Positions 1 to 12,678 of a DNA stretch of 64,000 nt are shown one piece after another. Positions within the stretch are counted from its first letter, which is position 1. Every line of letters starts with the position of its first letter. Source of the DNA: Botryllus schlosseri (taxonomy: Eukaryota). Below the pieces are notes generated by a model. That model had not been told where the DNA came from. It worked only from the letters and a program-made list of their open reading frames with translations, and searched no databases. A program made the translations under genes and the position numbers. The DNA lies in NCBI GenBank assembly GCA_051294905.1, contig CM119386.1:13578001-13642000 (forward strand), read 5' to 3'.

Positions 1-920
1 ACGACACAAATGATTGTTGGTCTTGACCCTGCCAAGTTTCTATGTGTCGGAGGTTTACTTGGGCTCCACAATGCTAACCAGTGTTTCAAAAAACCCGGAG
101 TGATGGTGAGCGGAGACAAAAATATTGGCAGCAAATATCAAGTCACGGGCGCATGAAAAACGAGAGAGATTGATGGTCGAAGAGCGCGAGCATTAAAGTC
201 GTCCGTCATTTTGACGAAAGACCTCAATAACACTGATGCTACTGTTACCGTGCGGGGCATAAATGACCGTAGGTTTACCTTACGTCCTCGTTTTGGAGGG
301 TTCGTCCTCATATGTCCTCAGAGGACGCCTGAATGTTCTCCTTTTGACAAATCGTCTCCTTTACAGCTTATATAGCTAAGTTAATGGACAGAGTCAACCG
401 AAAATCGGCCTAAATACCGCGAAATACGTAATGCGGGCGTCCGAGCGGGTTATTCGGGGGTCAACATCACAAAATTTAAAATAAATATTTCAAAATCAGC
501 TGTTTTCAATTTCGGTAAACTAACTTTTATGATTGTGAAAAAGTGTCGTTATTTCCAGATTCCAAAATACGGTAAGGTAACCCTACATTATAGCAAGTGT
601 TAAGCACCAATGTTGTGTGAATAAAAAACATTCGACACTAATTCAGTTGAGACCAATGAAAGACGGAATCATTCGGCAGAAGAATAAGAACAGCGTAGTG
701 ATTTACGAAATGCGGGTATGTTAGTTTTTAATGTAACCTATTATCAGTCGTAAATATATTTGATTACTCGTATACAAACTGGCATATCCATTGCATTGAC
801 ATTCTGTGCCGGGAGAGTTTAAAAACATTTCTACTATTATGTCACAAGCTAAAAAAGTTTGGGAACCACTGATCCACAGTACAATACTCTTCATATTCGC
901 ATAATACTATTTCCAGTTAC

Positions 921-3127
921 CTCAGTAGTCACGGTACTTGAAAATATTGAGGTGTCGAACACGTAGGATGTGCAACTGATGGTTGTTGAGTTTTCACGGG
1001 TAGTACTCCGCCAGCATGAGAGATCAGTTATGTTGCAATCGGTCGCAGGTCTCGGGTAATACTTGCAAGTATCATATTTCTTAATGCAAGTGATCAATAT
1101 TAACAATGTCACCAATTAAAAATAATGATGCTCCTATTATTGATTATTCCATGTATCTATCAATCATTCAAAGATACATTGCCGAAATTAGAAGCGCATT
1201 GTTTATTACTATATAGTTACGGTTGCATTTAAAACAAATGGTTGTTTAAAACACTTTGTTCAAAACATCTTTTAAACAGTGTTTTAAACTAAGACCTTTT
1301 AAAAAAAACTGTGCTTTTTAGAGTTGTATAATCATGCCATAATTGTGTAAATACTATCCAAAAACATGTTGTATGAGCCTACGGACGAGCATTGCCACCC
1401 TATATAGTCCACGTATATACGATATGGGATGGTTGGAGCCCTCGAAATAGTCGGTTCAGTAGCTATAGTACGTAGCTATAGATCATTGGTACAGACTGAA
1501 TGTTCTGAGGATGATGATCGCCGACCGTAAAAATGCTGTAAGACGATGTAGTCCTGGTTAAAGATATTTGTGGTATATATCAGACAGAGGTTGGAAGCCT
1601 ATTTCGTCAAAGGGGCAATATTTATCCTATATTCTAAATTGTGAATATAACTCCAATATGACGTCATAATTAATTGCGCGTGACGTCATGACTTAGAAAA
1701 AAATCATGTTTTAAACAAAGGCCTTGTTTTAAACATCTTTGTTTTAAATTGATTTTTGTTTTAAACACAGCCCTAACTATAGTAGCCTATCTAGCCTTGG
1801 TCGGGAACCTGTTTCGTCTGAAGAGCAATGTTAACCCTATATTTTCCATTTTAACTCCAAAAGAACCATACATGTCAATCAATTGTTACGTCACAATTGA
1901 AAATTCGTGACGTCATATTAGTACAAATTCCAACTCCCTACATGTTGTTTATCGTGGGCGCCATATTTTCTCTGTAAAAACTGGTAGGCTACTACTCGGT
2001 AATCATTCACAATTCATCGTAAATAGCTGAGAATATATAATAATTGATATTGATCTAATATAACTCTAGCGCTGATTCCAAAAATCTGAATATTGATCGA
2101 CTTCTCTATTCAGCGATAACATAAACGTTGCACTACACGCCTTCATTTTAAGGTCAGTACTAGAAAGATAGGCCTACTTATCAATGACGAACGCGGGTGG
2201 CAAAGCGTTATTTGTAATTTGGATTTGTAATTGGAATGTCACTTCCAAGGTAGTTCATTTTACGGCGTAGATCAGGAAGACAATGTGCATTTGAAAACTA
2301 GATCGTCATATAGGCGTCCCCACGTCATGCTATAATTCTCTTTGATCAATCAACGTGTGGTGCCATCTAAGATTACGCAGCGCGCGATGCCGGGTACATC
2401 GAATTCGCGAGGGATATTAGTCGCTGGCGCTACAGCAACTTAAATTTGAGGATTTTGTGAAATGGGTCAAAGCCCTTAACCCTGGATACGCCACTGTCTT
2501 GACCTCTCAAATGCATGTTTATGGTGCCACGAGTATAATGATTCTAGCCGTTAAGAATATTTACTAACAAGTTGCTGCAATATCGATAAAATTAAGCACA
2601 AACTTGAAAATATGTCAAAGAGCCATATCTTATACCCAAAAGAGCCATATATGGCTCGCGAGTCATAGGTTCCCGTCCACTGCTATATAGGATATCGTGA
2701 TGGAGTGAATTACCCTCTCTATGCATAATTGCACATTTGCTCAATTTATGTAAGAAAATAATGCTGAGTGGATTGGCGTAGTGTTATTTGTTGCGTCATT
2801 TATTCATATTAATGCCAGTAATAAGTGTTAGCTCACTTGGTTCACTTGAGGAGTTGTCGCGTTCAAGATATCGTCATAAGATAGGTTACGATATTCTGTA
2901 TTATCGTCGATTCCTGGTATCCAACATCGAAATGCGGGGATGGCAGATATGAACACTGCTATAACTTGATGCATCCCACATGGTACGATTGTATATTAAA
3001 TCAGGAAAACTAGGAATAGTTGGTATCTTCCGCACGATCCAATATATTTAGAAACGATATCAAAATCGATAGATGTACTACATTCATCAGCATCTCTGTT
3101 TTTCTCCTCTTCCTTTTGGTCTTTCAT
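921..3127 (-). pseudogene. SLC22-family transporter paralog A, exons 1-2 (gene continues off the left edge); in-frame TAA in exon 1
   Basis: Exon 1 at 3127-2837 reads MKDQKEEEKN...YIGSCGRYQLFLVFLI*YTIVPCGMHQVIAVFISAIPAFRCWIPG...TTPQVNQ|gtgagc. Exon 2 at 1079-921 reads ag|KYDTC...SCTSYVFDTSIFSSTVTTE|gtaact. Both are colinear with intact paralog C. TAA at 2996-2998 replaces a Tyr of C. Confidence 0.85.
1218..1775. mobile_element. hAT-type MITE (TAGGGTTGCATTTAAAAC family)
   Basis: Ends are TACGGTTGCATTTAAAAC and GTTTTAAACACAGCCCTA, with an imperfect TSD (TATATAGT/ACTATAGT). The body matches 8959-9320 and 10621-11988. Confidence 0.7.
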
Positions 3128-5338
3128 TGCAACTTTATAGCTACGAATGAATCCCTGCATAAAGTTCATTTGAAGTTGAAATATATTCAAAATCAATACG
3201 TTGTCTATAGTAAGAGGAAAAGTCGATCTTGCACATTCCGTGCTACAGCGGTTCAATATACTGTTAGCTGATACCCTGTGGCTTGGTGGCCATGCACATT
3301 GCAGATATAAATACTTAACCGTTCGAGGATATAGGATAATAGGGTGATTACTTATTATGCGAGTACTGCAAAGCGCACGAATTCTACTAGGTGAACCGGA
3401 TGATTGCATGGCATAGCGCGGCAAAGCGTAGCACAGAGTAGCTTAGTACATCCGCTATCGAGACGAAATGAAGGCACAAGGCAGCCTTACTAAATGTTCG
3501 CCAGACCGTCATTTCATCTCAAATACCGACTGGATTCTGTCATTTATTCCATTCAGCTCGCATATTGCTCCACAATATCACCGCTTCAACGTTTTCGTCA
3601 CTGTTTTCACCTATCTATGAATGTTATCATTATTCATATTTTATCGATAGTGAATACAGAGTAGGGCCTGTCCCCGTTTCCGGCGATGTGCGCCACGAAC
3701 GATATTATGTTTTATGGCAAATGAAGTCTATGGTACACAGTATTCAATGCATATCTACTATTTGCTTTCTGCGCTCTAGACCAGTGAGGACAATTAATTG
3801 CAAACAGTTTTAAAGCCTTTATCTGCTTGCCATATGAAATATTGAACGCGTTGACCGGGTAAGTAATCGCGGCAGAGTCATTAGGTTGGATAACGTAAAT
3901 GAATCTTTAAGCTGAATATTAATATATGCGCCGGCCAAGAATGTCCGACAGCAGTCATATTTTCTACAATGTAACAGCATATTACCAATGACTATTGACC
4001 AGCTGTTGGTCAACAATTGGTCAAGCGTATTCTGGTTGATCCAATGATTCTTGGCATCCAATGCCGTAATTGCGGTATACTCCGACCTTGCAACGCCTCT
4101 ATATACTAGCCTCGGATTCGACTTCTCGAATCGATATGCCAAGCTTTATTATGAACTGATTTGTAACTAATAATAATAGAATAATGACCGTTTTGCACCA
4201 TATCAAGATTACGGCATCTTTAGAAAAGAAAGTCACTGCGCCTTGATGCAAATCCACTGAATATATAGCCTGATGGGAGTAGTGTTGAGTGGACGACAAG
4301 GCTTACTCGCTGTAGGGATCGCCATACTAAATCGAGCTTATCCCTTAATTGTAACATCCACACTATTTATTTCCATAAACTCGCTTGTGACTGGGAGTGT
4401 AATTGATTAGAAGATTGCATATTGGGTACAACGCGTGGCTCGACGATTTTCTACGGTACATGGTGATATCAGTCCGTTATAATCCAAATAGAACTTTGTC
4501 GTGAACTTGTATGAGTTTGAACTATAGGTAAGCCGACATTCCCCGCATCCAACGGTTTCCTGTTCCTTCGCAACTTACATTTTTCGATGCGCATTCCAAT
4601 GGGTTCAGGGATCTATGCAATTTCCATTGCTTAAAGCCGGCGTTCTTAAAGTATGAGTCGCGATGGGTATGATTTTGGATCGCGACGGTACCTGAGCGTT
4701 CTTTTAATATGTATGTAATATTTGTTGAATTTATTCGAACAAAACAATTTCTTCGCGCTTAGCACGGTTTACTGTAGTTGGTTTGTACATATCAGCGGTC
4801 AATGTGTTGGGTACTATTAACAATAAACGAGACACGAAGAAAGCTACTACAATATGACTTGGTCATGAAAATGTACCGACCATATGTATTAAACAAATTG
4901 GTTTGAATTCATGATAATTTTTGTCCAACATTGGTTTCTCTGGAAAACACCATCCGAGACCTGGGACCTGTAGGGTTGTACAACGAGTGGACATTGAGAC
5001 ACAGGTATTTCGAGGCCAGCCTAGTCCACGCTTAGACACATGAATACATGAAGTTTTGATCAACCTACGACTGGGCAAAGTGCGGTGCCAAAAAAACGGC
5101 GGCGATCATTCACCGTCGCTGGTTGGGCAGACCCTTCGATATTGATCGATATGTGTGGTCGTCCAATTGGTAAGCATACCAAATAGTCCAGTCATTGCAA
5201 TCTGAGTAGACGGTAGTGCAAATCCAGTACCTACAAACGGGAAGCGCAGAGGAAAATAATGCAATCAAATTTGAAATCACGTCCGTCATACATGTAGAGT
5301 ATAGCTGCATTGCATAGAACTTTATCTGAGCGTTCTCT

Positions 5339-5384
5339 ATGTCATACATGCTCCTAAGCTCATGTCATACATGCTCCTAAGCTC
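5339..5384. repeat. 23-bp perfect tandem duplication
   Basis: ATGTCATACATGCTCCTAAGCTC occurs twice in tandem. Confidence 0.9.
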
Positions 5385-6435
5385 GTAGCATACCGATAGT
5401 ATGAATGAATTCTTTTTGATGTGTGAGGCTTGGATGCCCCAAGACTCAGATTTAGGTCACGGCCAAGGAGATTAAAGAACCACTGACTTAAAGTTTACGA
5501 AAATACACTGAAGTATGGACACAACGCGTGGCCTGAATATTCGCGCCGCAATTTTGAAACCGCTGCAGCCACCAAATTGTCTGATACCCGGAAGTACTTG
5601 TCGTTTAGCTTGATTTTGCTTCGCCGAAATCTAGCACACGAAGAATGCACCCCACTCAACACAGTTCACAATGTCGTGATTCACTTATATTGAACTCGCA
5701 TAAATATACTACACCGGTAGCCTATATCTATACTTGGCAGCAGACATGAGCTCGCTAATCAGTAAAAGCTGTGACAGTTGCACCATTCTAGCCCATAGGC
5801 ACTTTGACATCTGAATACATAAGCGCCGAAACGATCCAGTGCTTTACAATTACGTTTGTTTCTAAAGATAACACGCTTCACGAAAAATCTAGTCCAAGCG
5901 TGACTCCAATGAATATTCGCGCTTTTCAAATGTTGCCGTCAGGACTGGAACCATGGTCTACGTCTCTACGATAACAACCTTCTTAATACGATTTCTTTGT
6001 TCATTTCAAACTTTCCGGATTAGCTTAAATCAGAAAATTGAAAACTATACTTCCTGAAAATCTCAGCTTCAGGAACCCATCAACAATCTGCATGAAAATG
6101 GCGCTCGCTCAATATTGAATTCTGACGTAGTGGCTTCAGCATAACTTGTTTCCACCTTGTTCTGATTCTTGATGCATCCAAAGTGCGTACTGCTTGGATA
6201 TTTTCTGACGTTGAAGTTATCTGGAGCGTTTGGCGAGCTTTTAACGTACAAAAAGACCATGTAACGAGGCAATATTGCATATACAAGAGTATAGTATTAA
6301 ACCAGGTATCACTCAGGATCATTACTCTACGCCGCTACGGTTTTAACACGATTTGGGGATCTTTTTTCGCAATTTCATTATATGAGTATCATTTACAGCC
6401 ATCAACACAACTGAACGTGGTGAGATGGCGTAATG

Positions 6436-7320
6436 CTGGTGTGTCAAACATACGGCCGGCGGGCCGCATCCTGCCGCGAAGAAATTCTGTTTAGATTGAA
6501 AATTGTGTGTGTTGTCCAGCACATTTCTAACAGACTTTGGGATTTTTAGTAAGAAGCACTTATATTAAATAATCCATCTCGATAGCAAATGTATAGATTA
6601 AGTTCATAGGCCGCATTATAACCATCCGACAGCGGTGTTGTGGTTTCACTCTAGTCCCCGTCAGATAGTCTTTAACATCGACATCCAATTGCGAGAAGGC
6701 ACGACATTGCATACAGAGTTCACATTTGTATTGAAAAATGGAACCAAAACCAGTTAATCACAGAAACGAAAATGCCATTGCGAAACCGCTATATGCAGGT
6801 GACATGGAGAATAAAATAGCTACACAGATGTATAATTCAAATATCTAGGGTCGAACTGCTGCATCACGTCTAGCTCAAAAGGTCGAGAAAAACCCGAATC
6901 GCGATTTAATAATAATGAAGCAAATTCCAACGTGCGCGTATACATTCCACAAAACGCATACACTAGCTACACATGGTTGACGCCAGTACGACTAAAGCAA
7001 AGGCAGCATGGAGGTATGACAACTTATATAATCGTTACAGCCGCTGTTTTAAAGGTTCACAACTGTTTTCAACCGCCCAGTCATCGCATCATTGGCAATT
7101 CCATTGTTTTCAAATAACGGTGTTGCCAAAATATAACCACTGTGATCTGTAATGTAATGACTATACTACTGTGTATATAGGCTTGATAACAAAGTATTCA
7201 AATGAAAAAAAAAGGCATGGATTTTGAGAAAACATATTGGAATCATTGGACCGGTGCCGCCCGCGATCGATCTGAAGGCTTGAATCCGGTCCGCGAGTGA
7301 AGTTCAGTTTGACACCCCTC
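6436..7320. mobile_element. hAT-type MITE (CAGGGGTGTCAAAC family), degenerate
   Basis: Left end CTGGTGTGTCAAACATACGGCC and right end GTTTGACACCCCT. The body is similar to 15066-15924. No clean TSD. Confidence 0.7.
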
Positions 7321-8268
7321 GTGGCGTAGTGGTATGATCCGCAGCCCCATCACCAATATGTGTCGGGTTCATGTTCAGAATCCCTTATTGGAGGCTTACC
7401 TAGGCTTGTCCTCGCTGTATAGAGCCAACCTATAAGCAACGAAAATACGAATGTTTATTATGTAGCGGCGATGCGTAAATATACGAATGCAGCTGTTGAG
7501 CAAGAAAAATTTGAATATGAGGACACGTGGAGCTATGTTCCGAGGTGACGTATCCATATTACTAATAAAAATACGATCGACACCAACGACCCGTTTGTCG
7601 ACAAGCTCTAGCGAGAGAATGCGAATACACTTACGTCTATTGAGAATAAAATTCTTCCGCGTCCGCCAACGCTGTGAGGAGAAGGTCACCTTTCGTTTCA
7701 GGAAGAAGCAAACCAAATCCGCCAGTCAGGATTACTAAAACTCCGAAGATTGTCTGCAGATCAAACATATCGGGTTATGTGAAGCTATATTGATCTGGAG
7801 ACACATCCAAGACTTATCCGTGCAAGCCGTCTGAATTCATATAGTTGACATTATCCAAGCAAAATATGAGGTGAAACCGGAGGCGGTCAAAAAGAAAATA
7901 CTACCAGTTTTTCGGAGTTCAGTAAAGTTTGCATACAGACTACAATTACAGAAGTGGTGAATGATTTGTCATTTTTTCGTTATTTTCTCATCCTCACTAA
8001 ACAATTATTGAAGCAGTGAACTCACTTATTAGATTTTGAATCATGTGATTTCATGGTGTTTGTGGACTACAACAGTCATTTACACCAGGCCGATATTCAT
8101 TATTTTGATTCCGCATCTCTCGACTTGAAGTATATGCAGAATATGCGCTAATTTTTGAATTGGTTTGGATTTCTTTTACGAGTGGAATTGTCATATCAAC
8201 CTGGCAAAATAACCCGTGTATGGCGGTGACTGAATATATTTTCGAAATTAACACCAATATATTTAGAC

Positions 8269-8552
8269 CAGTGGTTCTCACCCTGGGGGGCGTGAAAGCA
8301 TCTGAAGCGGTCAACTGAAATTTTATTTTGCGCTCTGCGCGATTTACCTCCAATTCACGCGTGTTTCTCTATATATAGACCGAATTTCATATTTTTGAAT
8401 TCTCTCATCAACAGTCATAACATTCCATGCCATCAGACAATCTGTTGAGGTTGCTAGCATCCCGGTTGGATTTTGTGATATGACGATAAGGGGGCGGGAA
8501 GATTTTCACTATCATAAAGGGGGCGTGTCTAAAAAAAGGTCGAGAACCACTG
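8269..8552. mobile_element. hAT (Buster-like) MITE, CAGTGGTTCTC family
   Basis: TIRs CAGTGGTTCTC/GAGAACCACTG with a perfect 8-bp TSD ATTTAGAC. A duplicate lies at 12395-12678. Confidence 0.88.
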
Positions 8553-8958
8553 ATTTAGACCGTAGAGTCTTTAGTCATTTTGCGTTGGTCGTAAAGATTC
8601 ATATTGTAATTGTGAATGTAGGACACCACCGATTATTGGGTAATTTAGAGACTACTCATTTCACTTCGACTCAGAGTACTTCAATTCAATTCAATTTATC
8701 GCTACAATTGTCATTATTTAAATACACCACAAGACTGCGATAGAATGAAAGATAGGAAGGTGTCGAAACGACTTGGGGTAGTCTTTGAAATTGGACTATG
8801 TACTTATGTACTTATGGCTTTTCTTGTACTTGAGTAGCAATGCCACCTGATCTGTGCAGGCCCCTGTGTCAAGCATCGTTGGAACTCATAAGGAGGTATA
8901 GTAGGGCTATAGAATACCATTCAGACCACTAGCATGGCGGGTTCAAATCGATTACCAT

Positions 8959-9320
8959 TAGTGTTGCATTTTTAAAAAAACGGTGCTTTAAAACACTTCG
9001 TTTAAAAATGTTTTAAACAGTGTTTTGCAAAAAGACCTTTAAAAAAATTGTACTTTTTTCAAGTTGTAAAATTATGTCATTATTGTGTAAATACTTTACA
9101 AAAAACATGTTGTATGAGCCTACGGACAATTGACGCCCGACGTAGCCGACGTATATCGATATGGGATGGCTGGAACACTCAAAATAGTCGGTTTAACAGC
9201 AATAGTACATATATTTAGTGAAAGGAGTTATTTTACCCTATTTTTGTCAATTGTCAATGTCAATCGACTATTACGTCACAATTGAATATTCGTGACCTCA
9301 TAGCTTTAAATGCAACCCTT
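8959..9320. mobile_element. hAT-type MITE (TAGGGTTGCA family), internally deleted
   Basis: Ends TAGTGTTGCA and TGCAACCCTT, with TSD ATTACCAT/ATTACTAT. Confidence 0.75.
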
Positions 9321-9973
9321 ATTACTATACACTAGTATACCTACATAATAAGCTGAGCCCTGGAGTAGCGGGGGCAACTATTATGTATTTTTAGGAAACG
9401 TGTAGGCAATTTGCTCCAGTCAGCCGCGGTCATGATTTTTGGGCGTGAAGGGCGAACGGAGTGAAGAGTTCCGATTCTAGCGCTCATCGAACTCACCCCG
9501 ACGCCACTGCTCCTGCAATAAAAGAAATAATGCCATTTATACGCGTGTGATTGCAGGACAAGGTAATGGCAGATTTCAGATATGCATCATCGATTTCTTC
9601 AATATTGTCAGTTTGAAGTGAATAGACGCCAGCAAGTGCTGGTATACTGCTGTGTATACGTACACCTATAGTGTATTCTGATCATGCAAAACAACGGAAA
9701 GATACATCAGTTACCGAACAACCGTGGGATAAAGCTCTGCCGTTAACTTGAGGACTACTGCAAAGGCACCGGCGATAGCGAATTTCCCACACAAAACCAA
9801 CGTGGTGCCGACAGCGGATAGCTCTGTAATGACAATTTTCAGGTGTCAATGACGCCGTTGGTGTATGATCGCTATGACAGACAAGGTGCCCTTGCAAATG
9901 CTGGGACGCATTCCTGTTCTGGGTGATTGTGGTGCTATGGTATGCTTGATTGAGCCAGGCGATGGGTTCCTGC

Positions 9974-10070
9974 TAGGGATGGTGTGAACCTCCGAAAGGT
10001 CCAGGTTCGTGTGAACGCGAACCTTTTTGAAAGGTTCTGTGTGAACGCGAACGTAAACCTCACAACGTCA
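9974..10070. mobile_element. Truncated end of a TAGGGAT-GTGTGAAC MITE in the inverted-repeat spacer
   Basis: TAGGGATGGTGTGAACC...GTGTGAACGCGAAC is the reverse complement of the right end of 34876-35292. Confidence 0.7.
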
Positions 10071-10803
10071 CGTGGCGTCATGTTGCGAATTACAACCCTA
10101 CATTTCAGTGAAGTGATAGCCTAATATACACGATATGTAACTCGTGCCGCATAATGCCACAATGCTGAAGTAGGCCTACATATTGACGTTTTAAACGTCG
10201 CAGAATGTATCAACTGGGGCAATCAAATGATTTATAATAATCTCATAAAATCAATATCTTCAGTCGCTTTGCCAACAGTTTCCTCGAGGACTTGCAAGGG
10301 AATGTAGGTTAGTTATCTATAGTCAAACTGACAATATTGAAGAAATCGATGATGCATGTCTGAAATCTGCCATTACCTTGTCCTGCAATCCCACGCGTAT
10401 AAATGGCATCATTTCTTTTATTGCAGGAGCAGTGGCGTCGGTGTGAGTTCGATGAGCGCTAGAATATGAACTATCTTCACTCCGTTCGCCCTTCACGCCC
10501 AAAAAACATTACCGCGGCTGACTGGAGTAAATTGCCTACACGTTTCCTAAAAATACATAATAATTGCCCCCGTCACTCCAGGGCTCAGCTTATTATGTAG
10601 GTATACTAGTGTACAGTAATTAGGGTTGCATTTAAAACAAAAATCAATTTAAACTAACATGTTTAAAACAAGGCCCTAATTTAAAACATGTTTGTTATTG
10701 CTTTTTATGTTTTTTAAAAGCTATGAGGTCACGAATGTTCAATTGTGACGTAATAGTCGATTGACATTGACAAAAATAGGGTAAAATAACTCCTTTCACT
10801 AAA

Positions 10804-11728
10804 ATGGCTATCCGGACCACATATTAAAACGCTCCATCTCTAGGGTATTGAAAAAATCGGATACAGCTCCAAAATATGGCCCAGAAAAATGCCCGGCATT
10901 TTTGCACCTACCTTGGCTAGGTAACGTGTCTAGCCGTTTTGAAAAGCTTATTAAATCGGCTGTTCACCGTTGTTATCACAGCGTTAACACGCATGTAGTG
11001 TACACGACGAAACCCTTGTTACCCAACTCTCGAAAAGATGTACTTCCTGCCTTTGATGCAAGTAATGTTGTTTACCAATACAAGTGCCACTGTGATAGTA
11101 GATATGTAGGACGTACATCTCAAAGATTGTTTGAGCGTATTAAGCAGCATATCCCAAAATTGATTCGGTCAAAAACTTGCGCAAATGATCGCACGGAGCT
11201 CGCACGTCAGTGCAAATTGGCTGCAAAAACAGACTGCTATGATGATTACCAAGCATATGCTTCGTCAATTGGTCAGCATCTGAGTGAAAACCTTGACTGC
11301 ACAGCACTATGATGACAATATGTTCACTGTCATTGCGCGTGGTAGGTCTGTGTTTCATTTAAAAGTGCTGGAGTCTACTATTATTCAGTTGAGCAAACCT
11401 ATTTTATGCAGACAAAAAGATTTCCTCTATAACCTACAAATTTCTCATTAGTGCGTGTTGTTCCGTGCGTGTAATTGTTTATTTACAAATTGTGCTGCTA
11501 CTATAGTACCGTATGTCCGTATACTTCATAGTTTGTTATTGTTGCCATTGGTACAATGCGAATTTCATGGTTTGTGATTTTGATTGTTGCGTCATACTTT
11601 GCCTTTTTGGTTTTGCTGTTAAATCTGTTTAAATCCCTTTAGTGTGCCGATAACTCTTGAAAAGAGGCACCCGAAAAGTCTTCGAGTTAATAAATATTAT
11701 TCTACAATGGATATTGTATTGAAAGCTA
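10804..11728 (+). mobile_element. 5'-truncated Penelope-like retroelement (RT C-terminus, GIY-YIG endonuclease, 3' end)
   Basis: The frame reads NGYPDHIL...HLPWLG...KDVLP...SNVVYQYKCHCDSRYVGRTSQRLFERIKQH...SIGQHL, then frameshifts to HYDDNMF...HLKVLES...LCRQKDFLYNL*. The 7-bp TSD CACTAAA is confirmed by the empty site in the left arm. Confidence 0.9.
11651..11689 (+). ncRNA. Minimal type I hammerhead ribozyme motif, U3-A8 core variant
   Basis: UAACUC-UUGAAAA-G(AGGCACC)C-GAAA-AGUCU-UC-GAGUUA. Helix I is 6 bp (UAACUC/GAGUUA) and the predicted cut is after C11683. It is followed by AATAAA and an ATG. Confidence 0.65.
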
Positions 11729-12394
11729 CACTAAATATATGTACTATTGCTGTTAAACCGACTATTTTGAGTGTTCCAGCCATCCCATATCGATCTACGT
11801 CGGCTACGTCGGGCGTCAATTGTCCGTAGGCTCATACAACATGTTTTTTGTAAAGTATTTACACAATAATGACATAATTTTACAACTTAAAAAAGTACAA
11901 TTTTTTTAAAGGTCTCTTTGCAAAACACTGTTTAAAACATTTTTAAACGAAGTGTTTTAAAGCACCGTTTTTTTTAAATGCAACACTAATGGTAATCGAT
12001 TTGAACCCGATATGCTAGTGGTCTGAATGGTATTCTATAGCCCTACTGTACCTCCTGATAAGTTCCAATGATGCTTGACACAGGGGCCTGCACAGATCAG
12101 GTGGCATTGCTACTCAAGTACAAGAAAAGCCATAAGTACATAAGTACATAGTCCGATTTCGAAGACTACCCCAAGTCGTTTCGACACCTTCCTGTCTTTC
12201 ATTATATCGCAGTCTTGTGGTGTATTTAAATAATGACAATTGTAGCAATAAATTGAATTGAATTGAAGTACTCTGAGTAGAAGCGAAATGAGTAGTCTGT
12301 AAATTACCCAATAATCGGTGGTGTCCTACATTCACAATTACAATATGAATCTTTACGACCAACGCAAAATGACTAAAGACTCTACGGTCAAAAT

Positions 12395-12678
12395 CAGTGG
12401 TTCTCAACCTTTTTTTAGACACGCCCCCTTTATGATAGTGAAAATCTTCGCGCCCCCTTATCGTCATATCACAAAATCCAACCGGGATGCTAGCAACCCC
12501 AACAGAATGTCTGATGGCGTGGAAGGTTATGATTGTTGATGAGAGAATTCAAAAATATGAAATTCGGTCTATATATAGAGAAACACGCGTGAATTGGAGG
12601 TAAATCGCGCAGAGCGCAAAATAAAATTTCAGTTGACCGCTTCAGATGCTTTCACGCCCCCCAGGGTGAGAACCACTG
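12395..12678. mobile_element. CAGTGGTTCTC-family MITE (duplicate of 8269-8552)
   Basis: Same TIRs, with flanks GTCAAAAT/GTCTAAAT. Confidence 0.85.

Larger units (their letters stand above)
7018..9616. repeat. Left arm of a large inverted duplication
   Basis: It matches the reverse complement of 10323-13971 along its length, including SLC22 exons 10-11 and three MITEs or MITE parts. Confidence 0.92.
10621..11988. mobile_element. hAT-type MITE (duplicate of 8959-9320) interrupted by a PLE
   Basis: Ends TAGGGTTGCA and TGCAACACTA, with flanks ACAGTAAT/ATGGTAAT. Confidence 0.75.

Noticed and set aside
6080-6200. THAP-like string RWKQVMLKPLRQNSILSERHFHADC
   Set aside because: It lacks the N-terminal C-x-C and has S where the conserved C should be. 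Another frame fits as the in-phase last exon of SLC22-B.
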